NCBI GenBank assembly: GCA_031441465.1
Contig: JANOEP010000037.1
Span: forward strand, 1 to 40,619
Direction: 5' to 3'
DNA from: a bacterium
GTDB lineage: Bacteria > Krumholzibacteriota > Krumholzibacteriia > LZORAL124-64-63
DNA length: 40,619 bases
Positions 17,794-26,796 of this stretch are shown here, one piece after another (the first letter of the stretch is position 1; each line of letters begins with the position of its first letter). Position numbers and translations under genes: made by a program. The notes under the pieces are model-generated. The model did no database searches. It saw only the letters and a program-made list of their open reading frames with translations, and had not been told where the DNA came from.

Positions 17794-18747
17794 ATGAATC
17801 GTCGCCATACTTTCCTGCTCGCCCTGGCCGTGCTCAGTGCGGCCGTCGTCGTGAACGCAGAACCGACCATCGGCGTCTTCTTCGACACCGACGGCCAGCA
17901 GGCCCAGTTGGTAGCCGAGCCCGGCACCGTGCACACCGCCTACGTCCTGATCAACAATGCCGACATGATGGTCGGCGGCGCGGCTTTCAAGTTGGACACC
18001 GAGGGCGGCTTCATGGTCGTCGGTGAGACCTGGGCCAGCGGCATCCTGTTCGGCAGCCTGCTGACTGGCGCCGAGATCGGCCTCTACACCGCGCTGCCGC
18101 AGTTCGGCACCGATCCCGTCTCGATCTGCTCGTTCCAGGTGTTCGGCACGGACATGGTGATCAACTCCCACCTGACGATCGTCAACGACCCGGACTACGC
18201 CACGCCGGTGGTCGCCAACAACAACGCCATCCTGTTCCCGGCCACGGGCCAGGTCGCCAGCGTGACGCTGCGCAACACGCCGGAGATCGGCGTCTTCTTC
18301 GACACGGCCGCCACCCAGCAGTCCGCGATCTTCAACGGCGGCGTCGGCGAGCTTTACCAGGCCTGGGTCTGCGTGCGCAACGCCGAGATGATGGTCAGCG
18401 GCGCCGCCTTCAAGATGAACATGGACCCGCGCATCACGCTGCTCAACGCCGTGCCGGCCAACGGTCTGATCTTCGGCACCCTGACCACCGGCGTCGAGAT
18501 GGGCCTGTACACGAACCTGCCGGTGTTCGGCTCGACACCCGGCATCCTCTACTCGCTGCTCTTCACGACCTTCAACAACCAGATGATCGACGCGACGCTG
18601 TCGATCACCAACCACCCGAGCTACGACACGCCCAAGGTCGCGGACAACAACGCCGTGCAGTGGAGCGCCGACGGCCTGACCTCCTTCCTGACCATCCCCG
18701 TCGCCACCGAGGAGATGAGCTGGGGTCAGGTCAAGGCCCTGTACTAG
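17794..18747 (+). CDS. Secreted protein with two tandem beta-rich (cohesin-like) domains and C-terminal SWGQVKALY tag
   Basis: Signal peptide; internal repeat PxIGVFFDT…NAxMMVxGAAFK…GLYTxLPxFG…HP/DPxYxTPxVAxNNA; ends VATEEMSWGQVKALY. Confidence 0.85.
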   Translation: MNRRHTFLLALAVLSAAVVVNAEPTIGVFFDTDGQQAQLVAEPGTVHTAYVLINNADMMVGGAAFKLDTEGGFMVVGETWASGILFGSLLTGAEIGLYTALPQFGTDPVSICSFQVFGTDMVINSHLTIVNDPDYATPVVANNNAILFPATGQVASVTLRNTPEIGVFFDTAATQQSAIFNGGVGELYQAWVCVRNAEMMVSGAAFKMNMDPRITLLNAVPANGLIFGTLTTGVEMGLYTNLPVFGSTPGILYSLLFTTFNNQMIDATLSITNHPSYDTPKVADNNAVQWSADGLTSFLTIPVATEEMSWGQVKALY

Positions 18748-18783
18748 TTCCCGCTTGAATGGCGGCGCGACGGCGCCGCGGAT

Positions 18784-18811
18784 GGAGGCCGGTCGGCGAC
18801 GACCGGCCTCC
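18784..18811 (+). terminator. 12-bp hairpin with GNRA loop (terminator or 3' stabiliser)
   Basis: GGAGGCCGGTCG-GCGA-CGACCGGCCTCC; no U-tract. Confidence 0.55.
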
Positions 18812-18932
18812 GCGTGTCCGCCCCGGACGCGCTGTCCGGAACCTTGAGCGCGGCCGCGGCCGGTGTTACGCTGACGGCTCCGGCGCAAGCGGGCCGCCCG
18901 GCGGCCGCATCCCGAACGACGAGGAGAATCCG

Positions 18933-20624
<1,692 letters not shown>

Positions 20625-20641
20625 CGTCTTGGGTTCCGCAC

Positions 20642-20670
20642 GCCCCCGTCCGCCATACGCGGACGGGGGC
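20642..20670 (+). terminator. Hairpin downstream of M49 gene
   Basis: GCCCCCGTCCGC-CATAC-GCGGACGGGGGC. Confidence 0.65.
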
Positions 20671-20682
20671 ATCTGCTTATGT

Positions 20683-20701
20683 GACAATGAGATTCATTGC
20701 C
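20683..20701. promoter_or_regulatory. Fur-box-like palindrome upstream of the multiheme cytochrome
   Basis: GACAATGAGATTCATTGCC matches 14/19 of GATAATGATAATCATTATC; core CAATGA-N3-TCATTG. Confidence 0.45.
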
Positions 20702-20725
20702 TATGATGATTCTGTGACATTTCCC

Positions 20726-20754
20726 TTGCCGCGATAGCGAACACTCGCTATGGT
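20726..20754 (+). promoter_or_regulatory. Putative promoter for the cytochrome gene
   Basis: TTGCCG-N17-TATGGT. Confidence 0.45.
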
Positions 20755-20804
20755 CCTGTGCAGTACTAGGAGATCGGGGGGGACTACCCAACAGGAGGTT
20801 GAAC

Positions 20805-22256
20805 ATGTCCAGGATCGTGAAGCAAGGGCTCCTGCCGGCCCTATTGCTGTGTGGTGTGCTGATCCTCGTCGGCTGCGAGGGCGACCAGGGTCCCGTGGGC
20901 GCCCAGGGCCCCGAAGGCCCCGCCGGCCCTCCCGGCCCTCCGGGCGGCACCAGCGAGTTCACTTACGCGGGCTACCAGGGCGAGGCCTGCCTGCACTGCC
21001 ACGGCCGCACCGTCGCCGACGTGCGCACGACCGGCCACAACGTCGCCTACGCGGGCCTGGACGCCGCGTCCCAGGACCTGCCCTACTGCCTGCAGTGCCA
21101 CACCACCGGCTGGGACACGCCGATCGCCTTCGGGGTCACCGAGTTCGAGCCCACGGGTGACGACGTCCACGGCTACGACGACTACTACGGCGTCGACACG
21201 ACCGAGGCCGCCTCGCGCCGCGACGCGCTCGAGAACGTGCAGTGCGAGTCCTGCCACGGCCCGATGGGCCCGGACTTCAACGCCCACACCCCGAACGTGG
21301 TCTTCTCGACCATCGTCGACGGCGAGGTCACGGCCTCCTGCGTGCCCTGCCACGAGGGGCAGCTCGAGGAGTGGCAGACCTCCGGCCACGGCACCGTGAG
21401 CGGCCTGAGCAGCGAGGAGTTCATCGACGAGTTCGGCGGCGCGAACTGCCGGGGTTGCCACACGAGCGAGGGCTTCATCGCCGCGCACGATCCCGTCTAC
21501 ACGTCGTACGACTTCGGCGGCGACTACAGCTTTATCGGTTGTGTCACCTGCCACGACCCGCACGTGGGCGAGGCGGGCGGCGGCAACGCGGCCCAGCTGC
21601 GCGCCGTCGGCGCGGTCGCAGTCGTCTACGCGCCGGGTCTGACCCCGGGTGATCCCGAGATCCCCGTGATGGACGGCTACGGCGCGGCCCAGACCTGCGC
21701 CCAGTGCCACCACGCCCGCCGCGACGCGACCAACGTGTCCGGCCAGATCAACAACGGCACTTCCCGTTTCGGGCCGCACGGGAGCCCGCAGATGGACCTG
21801 TTCATCGGCGCCGGCTGCTACGAGATCGAAGGCTACGACTACGATCGTGAGCACTCCCACCAGGGCATCGACGACGCCTGCGTGAAGTGCCACATGGTCC
21901 GCGAGGTGCTCCTGTACGGCGAGCTGCAGGACCACTCCTTCCACACCTTCACGCCCGACGTGGGCAACTGCGCGCCCTGCCACACCGAGATCGAGGATTT
22001 CGATGTCGAGGGTCTGCAGACGGCGATCCATGGCAAGCTGGATCAGCTCGCGGTCCTGGCCGGCTACGCCGACTGGGCCACCCTGCAGGTGACCATCGGC
22101 GCCGACAACGCGGCGATGGCGTCCTGGCAGCGCGAGGCCTTGTACGCCGGCGTCTTCGTCAGCAACGACGGCAGCCACGGCGTGCACAACCCCGACTACG
22201 CCACGGACCTGCTGGACAACGCCATCGCCTACTACCAGTCCCACATCACCCAGTAG
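20805..22256 (+). CDS. Nine-heme c-type cytochrome lipoprotein with collagen-like stalk
   Basis: RBS AGGAGG; lipobox LVGC; (Gly-X-Y)7; nine CxxCH motifs; C-terminal DGSHGVHNPDY. Confidence 0.9.
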   Translation: MSRIVKQGLLPALLLCGVLILVGCEGDQGPVGAQGPEGPAGPPGPPGGTSEFTYAGYQGEACLHCHGRTVADVRTTGHNVAYAGLDAASQDLPYCLQCHTTGWDTPIAFGVTEFEPTGDDVHGYDDYYGVDTTEAASRRDALENVQCESCHGPMGPDFNAHTPNVVFSTIVDGEVTASCVPCHEGQLEEWQTSGHGTVSGLSSEEFIDEFGGANCRGCHTSEGFIAAHDPVYTSYDFGGDYSFIGCVTCHDPHVGEAGGGNAAQLRAVGAVAVVYAPGLTPGDPEIPVMDGYGAAQTCAQCHHARRDATNVSGQINNGTSRFGPHGSPQMDLFIGAGCYEIEGYDYDREHSHQGIDDACVKCHMVREVLLYGELQDHSFHTFTPDVGNCAPCHTEIEDFDVEGLQTAIHGKLDQLAVLAGYADWATLQVTIGADNAAMASWQREALYAGVFVSNDGSHGVHNPDYATDLLDNAIAYYQSHITQ

Positions 22257-22275
22257 TCCCTGCCCTTCGAGTCGC

Positions 22276-22313
22276 AAGCAGGCGGCCGGCCCATCGGGGC
22301 CGGCCGCTTGTTT
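22276..22313. terminator. Bidirectional terminator between convergent genes
   Basis: GCGGCCGGCC-CATCGG-GGCCGGCCGC followed by TTGTTT, with CAAG on the 5' side. Confidence 0.7.
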
Positions 22314-22334
22314 CCCGGGTCCGGTGTTTCCGAC

Positions 22335-24104
22335 TCAGGCGCCGACGATGTTCTTGAGCGACCCGCGGCTCAGCGGGTGGTAGCCGGGCGCCGCCGCGAC
22401 GAAGACCTCCCGCGCGAAGTCGGCGCCGTCGTCGCCGGACGCCATGAGCGCGCCGTACAGCGGCTTGAGGTACTTCATGCGTCCCACGTGGGTCAGCACC
22501 TCGCGCAGGCGCGGCCGCACCGGCGCGTACCCGCTGCGCGCGGCGATCGTCAGCCATTCCACCAGCACCTCGTGGTTGCCGCGGCCGGTCAGGGCGAAGG
22601 TGTCGTCCAGCCAGCGGCACTCGTCGTGCGGCAGGGGACGCGGCAGGTCCTGCAGGAAGAGCTGCAACTCGGTCGGGGACCAGGCCGCGGCGTCCAAGCC
22701 GGGCCGGGCACCCGCGCTCCAGCCGGCGGCCAGGGCGCGCAGCCGATCCAGGGCGGGCGCGGCGGTGCGGTGCTCGTTGGCGGGCATGCCGGTCCCGTCG
22801 ATCCAGCGGCGGCCGCCCACGGCGTCCAGCACGCCCGGCAGCCGTTCCTCGAGGAAGGCGATGAACTCGTCGGTGGTGATGCTGCGGAAGTGGAAGCGGT
22901 CGATGTACTCGCGCAGGAAGACGTCGAAGCGGGGACGCCCGACGGCCCGTTCCAGCAGGATGACGAACTGGGCGCCCTTCTCGTAGGGCACCAGCGAGTA
23001 GACCGAGTCCGGGTCGATGCCCGCGAGGTCGGTGCGCAGCTTCGTGAGCGGGGAGTCGGGGCCGAACTGGTCGAGGTGGACCTGCAGCGCGTTGCGGCGC
23101 AGGACCGCCTGCAGGTCGGCGAACTCCCGGCCGTGCAGCTCTTCGAGGATGCGCCGCTCGGCGTAGACGGTGAAGCCCTCGTTCAGCCAGAAGTCGTTCA
23201 TGGTCGCGTTGGTGACCAGGTTGCCCGTCCAGCTGTGGGCCAGCTCGTGGACCACGACGTTGACCAGGCTGCGGTCGCCGGCCAGCAGCGTCGGGGTCAG
23301 GAAGGTCAGGCGCGGGTTCTCCATGCCGCCGTAGGGGAAGGCGGGCGGCATCAGCAGCAGGTCGAAGCGGTCCCACTCGTAGGGGCCGAACAGACGCTCG
23401 GCGGCCAGGATCATCGCCTCGACTTCGGCGAACTCCCAGGCCGCCACCCCGATCATGTCCGGCTCGGCGTAGATGCGCGAGCGCGGGCCGAGTTCGCGGC
23501 GGTCGAGATCGCCGACGGCCAGGGCCAGCAGGTAGGTGGGGATGGCCTGGGGCATCGCGAAGCGCCAGCGGGTGCGGCCCGGGCCCGACGGCTCGTCGCC
23601 GCCCGGCGCCGCGGACATCACCGCGCGCAGCGGCGCGGGGACGTCCACGTCCGCCGTGTAGGTGACCCGGTGGCGCGGCGTGTCCTGGCAGGGCACGAGC
23701 GAGCGGGCGTGGATGGGCTGGCACTGGGTGAACAGGAAGGGATGCCGCCCGCCGGTGGTCTGGACGGGATCGAGCCAGCCCAGGGCCGGGGCGCCGGGGC
23801 CGGTACGGTAGCGGAGCGTCACCGATGCCGTGCCGGCCGGCAGTTCCAGCCGCAGACGATCGCCGAGCACGGGGTCGCTCTCGGCGATGGACCAGGCGAC
23901 GGGTTCGCCGCGGCCGGTGCGGACCTCGGCGACGACCAGGCCGCGGGCGTCCAGATCCAGCGGTCCGGCCGCGGGAGCCGTGAAGGTCAGGCGAGCCTCG
24001 CCCTCCAGGACGCGGGCCGCGAAATCCACCCTCCAGATCAGGTCCAGGTGGCGGGTGACGGCTTGTTCGTCGTCGCACCAGGAATGCGGATCGCAGCGGC
24101 TCAT
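22335..24104 (-). CDS. M1 family aminopeptidase (leukotriene A4 hydrolase-like)
   Basis: MSRCDPHS start with GGAGG RBS, PCQDTP, YGGMENPRL, HELAHSWTGN…WLNEG, VPYEKG, VGRMKY. Confidence 0.93.
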   Translation of the reverse strand: MSRCDPHSWCDDEQAVTRHLDLIWRVDFAARVLEGEARLTFTAPAAGPLDLDARGLVVAEVRTGRGEPVAWSIAESDPVLGDRLRLELPAGTASVTLRYRTGPGAPALGWLDPVQTTGGRHPFLFTQCQPIHARSLVPCQDTPRHRVTYTADVDVPAPLRAVMSAAPGGDEPSGPGRTRWRFAMPQAIPTYLLALAVGDLDRRELGPRSRIYAEPDMIGVAAWEFAEVEAMILAAERLFGPYEWDRFDLLLMPPAFPYGGMENPRLTFLTPTLLAGDRSLVNVVVHELAHSWTGNLVTNATMNDFWLNEGFTVYAERRILEELHGREFADLQAVLRRNALQVHLDQFGPDSPLTKLRTDLAGIDPDSVYSLVPYEKGAQFVILLERAVGRPRFDVFLREYIDRFHFRSITTDEFIAFLEERLPGVLDAVGGRRWIDGTGMPANEHRTAAPALDRLRALAAGWSAGARPGLDAAAWSPTELQLFLQDLPRPLPHDECRWLDDTFALTGRGNHEVLVEWLTIAARSGYAPVRPRLREVLTHVGRMKYLKPLYGALMASGDDGADFAREVFVAAAPGYHPLSRGSLKNIVGA

Positions 24105-24145
24105 GTCGACCTCCGGGACGGGGCGCGCCGTCGTCGGCGCTCCCC

Positions 24146-25306
24146 TCAGGGTTCGCGGACCAGGTCGATCAGCTGGTCCATCTGGTGGGTGGGGAACGGG
24201 GGCATCACCGTGCCCGTGTTGCACGCGGACTGGTAGGCGGTCAAGAAGGCGGCGGTGTCGCCCGTCATCGCCAGGAGCGCCTCCTCGCCGCCCTGGGAGA
24301 CGATCAACTCGGCCATGGCGTAGCCCAGGGTCTCGTAGCCCCAACGCGGGCGCAGCAGATCATCGACGGCCTTGCCGTTGGCCTGCAGCAGATCTTCGTG
24401 GCCGGGGTCCAGCATCCCTTCGAGCATGCGGAACGTGTAGTTCAGCAGTCCGGCGGCCCGCTCCTGCGTGGTGCGGGTCTCCTGGCGCGGGGCGCCGAGG
24501 TGTGTGTGGCGGCCGTCGAATTCCAGTTCGGCGCCACCGGCGATCCAGGCGATCACCGCGGCGTGGTGGATGAATCGCATGGTCTGCCGTAGGGCCTCGC
24601 GCCCCGAGGCCGCGGCGGGGGGCTGCGGTCCGGACGGTGCCGCCAGTTCCGCGTACAGGCGCGAGGCCGTCATGCGGGCCGCCTGCTCCCGGCCGGCGGC
24701 GAGGGCCAGCCCGGCGTCGAGGATCACGTGGTCGGGAGCCTGGAAACCGATGCTGGTCGGGCCGACCATGGCGTGGATCGTGAGCGATCCCGGCAGGCGC
24801 GCTTCGCCGATCCAGCGTCGGGCGAGTTCCCAGACCTGGGCGCGGTACTGGTCGTCGGCCAGGACGGTGGCGAAATCCTTCGCCTCGTCGGCGCGCAGGC
24901 GGAGATAGTCGCAGTTGGCGACGACGTCGGTCCGTCGCGGGACGGTGATGTCGGCGGTGTCGCCGACGGCGAGCCGGTAGGTGTACTCCGTGCATCTCTG
25001 GAGGATGAGGGGCGAGAAGACCCGCGGGTCCTTGCCCGTCAGGGAATAGGCTGGCAGCTCGAACAGCTGCTCGTACGATTCCACGGTGACGGTTTTGCCG
25101 CTCACCATCCTGCCGACGATCGCCAGCCAGGCGTCCAGGGCCGCGACGTCGAGCTTGACCTGGGTGACCGTGGACGGCGGCGGCGCCGCCCGGCGCCGGT
25201 CGCCGCCGCAGCCGGTGGCGGGGGCGAGCGAGGCCAGGATCAACAGGCAGGCGAGGGGGAGGCCGAGGCGGTTGTGGCCGCGTCCCGCCGGGGTTATGTT
25301 CCGCAT
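24146..25306 (-). CDS. Hypothetical lipoprotein
   Basis: Hydrophobic signal followed by APATGC; coherent codon usage; C-terminal GYETLGYAMAELI…FLTAY. Confidence 0.7.
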   Translation of the reverse strand: MRNITPAGRGHNRLGLPLACLLILASLAPATGCGGDRRRAAPPPSTVTQVKLDVAALDAWLAIVGRMVSGKTVTVESYEQLFELPAYSLTGKDPRVFSPLILQRCTEYTYRLAVGDTADITVPRRTDVVANCDYLRLRADEAKDFATVLADDQYRAQVWELARRWIGEARLPGSLTIHAMVGPTSIGFQAPDHVILDAGLALAAGREQAARMTASRLYAELAAPSGPQPPAAASGREALRQTMRFIHHAAVIAWIAGGAELEFDGRHTHLGAPRQETRTTQERAAGLLNYTFRMLEGMLDPGHEDLLQANGKAVDDLLRPRWGYETLGYAMAELIVSQGGEEALLAMTGDTAAFLTAYQSACNTGTVMPPFPTHQMDQLIDLVREP

Positions 25307-25338
25307 GCTGGCTCCTCAGGGTGCGAAGACAAGGCAGT

Positions 25339-25366
25339 ATTGTAGCATGAATCCCGACGTTGCCAA
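25339..25366 (-). promoter_or_regulatory. Putative extended -10 promoter for the lipoprotein/M1 operon
   Basis: Minus strand TTGGCA-N16-TACAAT, with TGC immediately before the -10. Confidence 0.5.
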
Positions 25367-25420
25367 GCAGGCCATGAACGGGGCGAACACGAATGGTGAT
25401 GAACATGAACGAGCGCGGCC

Positions 25421-26095
25421 ATGAGCACTAGAGCCCCGGACGTCCTGATCGTCCGCGAGATCTACCGCACCATCCTGGGCGAGTCGGCCGAGACCGGCCG
25501 CCCCTGCGCGATCGTGCGGTTGACCGGGTGCCACCGCCGCTGCACGTACTGCGACAGCGCCCACGCGTTCACGGGCGGCGCGGGGCTGACCGTGCCGGAG
25601 ATCCTGGCGGAGGTCGGGGCGCTGGGTTGCCGCACCGTGCTGGTGACGGGCGGCGAGCCCCTGCTCCAGGCCGGATGCCCGGCGCTGCTGTCCGCCCTGG
25701 TCGCGGACGGCCGCCGCACGGTCCTGGAAACCAGCGGCACGCACGGCGCCCTGCCCCTGACGGCGGTGCCCGACGGCGTGCGCCGCGTCGTGGACGTCAA
25801 GACCCCGGGCAGCGGCCTGCGCGAGCAGGATGTGGCCTGGGATCAACTCGGCCAGCTCGGACCCGGCGACGAACTGAAGTTCGTCTGCTGCGATCGCGCG
25901 GACTACGAGTGGTCGCGCGACCTCGTCCGCGACGGCGGCCGCCTGCCGGCGGCGACGCCGGTCGTCTTCTCCGCCGCCGAGGGCCGACTCGCGCCGGCGA
26001 CGCTCGCCGGCTGGCTGATCGAGGACGGGCTCGACGTCCGCTTCCAGTTGCAACTGCATAAAACCCTGTGGCCGGAACGGGAGCGTGGCACATGA
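25421..26095 (+). CDS. queE: 7-carboxy-7-deazaguanine synthase (radical SAM)
   Basis: RLTGCHRRCTYCDS, VTGGEPLLQ, LETSG, DVKTPGSG, QLHK; adjacent to queC. Confidence 0.9.
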   Translation: MSTRAPDVLIVREIYRTILGESAETGRPCAIVRLTGCHRRCTYCDSAHAFTGGAGLTVPEILAEVGALGCRTVLVTGGEPLLQAGCPALLSALVADGRRTVLETSGTHGALPLTAVPDGVRRVVDVKTPGSGLREQDVAWDQLGQLGPGDELKFVCCDRADYEWSRDLVRDGGRLPAATPVVFSAAEGRLAPATLAGWLIEDGLDVRFQLQLHKTLWPERERGT

Positions 26096-26796
26096 CGCCT
26101 ACGCCAGCGGATGCGGCCGCCACGGGGCGGCGGGGCACGGCGGTGGTCCTGCTCAGCGGCGGTCTCGACAGCTGCGTCTGCCTCGCCGGCGTCCTGCAGC
26201 ACGACGACGCGGCCGTGCTGCATCTCGATTACGGTCAGCGCACGCAGGCCCGGGAGCGGGCCGCCTTCGACGCGATCGCTGACCATTACGGGCTCGCGCG
26301 CCGCCTGGTGGTCGACGTCTCGCATCTGCGGGCGATCGGGGGGACGAGCCTGATCGACGACGCGCTGCCCGTCGAGTCGGGGTTGCCCGTCGCCGGCGGC
26401 GGCGTGCCTTCGACCTACGTGCCGTTCCGCAACGGCAACCTGCTGGCCATCGCGGCTTCCTGGGCGGAGGTGATCGGGGCGCGGGCGCTGGTCATCGGCG
26501 CCGTGCAGGAGGACGGCAGCGGCTACCCCGACTGCACCGAGGCCTTTTACCGGGCCTTCGCGGCGGCCATCGAGGCCGGGACGCGCCCGCAGACCCACCT
26601 GGAGATCCTCACGCCGCTGATCCACCTGGACAAGGCGGCGATCGTGCGGCGCGGCCTGGAACTCGGCGCGCCGCTGCACCTGACCTGGTCGTGCTACGTG
26701 TCCCAGGAGCGTGCTTGCGGGCGCTGCGAGAGCTGCCAGCTGCGGCTGCGGGGGTTCGCCCTCGCGGGCGCGACCGATCCGATCCCCTACGCCTGA
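26092..26796 (+). CDS. queC: 7-cyano-7-deazaguanine synthase
   Basis: LLSGGLDS, DYGQR, TYVPFRN, GYPDC, TWSCY…CGRCESCQLR. Confidence 0.95.
   Translation: MTPTPADAAATGRRGTAVVLLSGGLDSCVCLAGVLQHDDAAVLHLDYGQRTQARERAAFDAIADHYGLARRLVVDVSHLRAIGGTSLIDDALPVESGLPVAGGGVPSTYVPFRNGNLLAIAASWAEVIGARALVIGAVQEDGSGYPDCTEAFYRAFAAAIEAGTRPQTHLEILTPLIHLDKAAIVRRGLELGAPLHLTWSCYVSQERACGRCESCQLRLRGFALAGATDPIPYA

Noticed and set aside
9076..18750. Shared CTGTACTAGTTC across the stops of two tagged genes, suggesting amber read-through
   Set aside because: Only 3 nt match past the stop, the downstream frames are unrelated, and the third paralog ends one residue later at TAA. Ordinary termination explains it.
7423..18811. 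Genomic island integrated at tRNA-Val or tRNA-Asp (AT-rich DNA follows both)
   Set aside because: No integrase and no duplicated tRNA 3' end (att) was seen. The AT-rich stretches are explained by promoters.
25421..26796. queE/queC as part of a dpd DNA-modification or QueC-type defence system
   Set aside because: Canonical short QueE/QueC in a housekeeping context, with no dpdA, TatD or ATPase partners.
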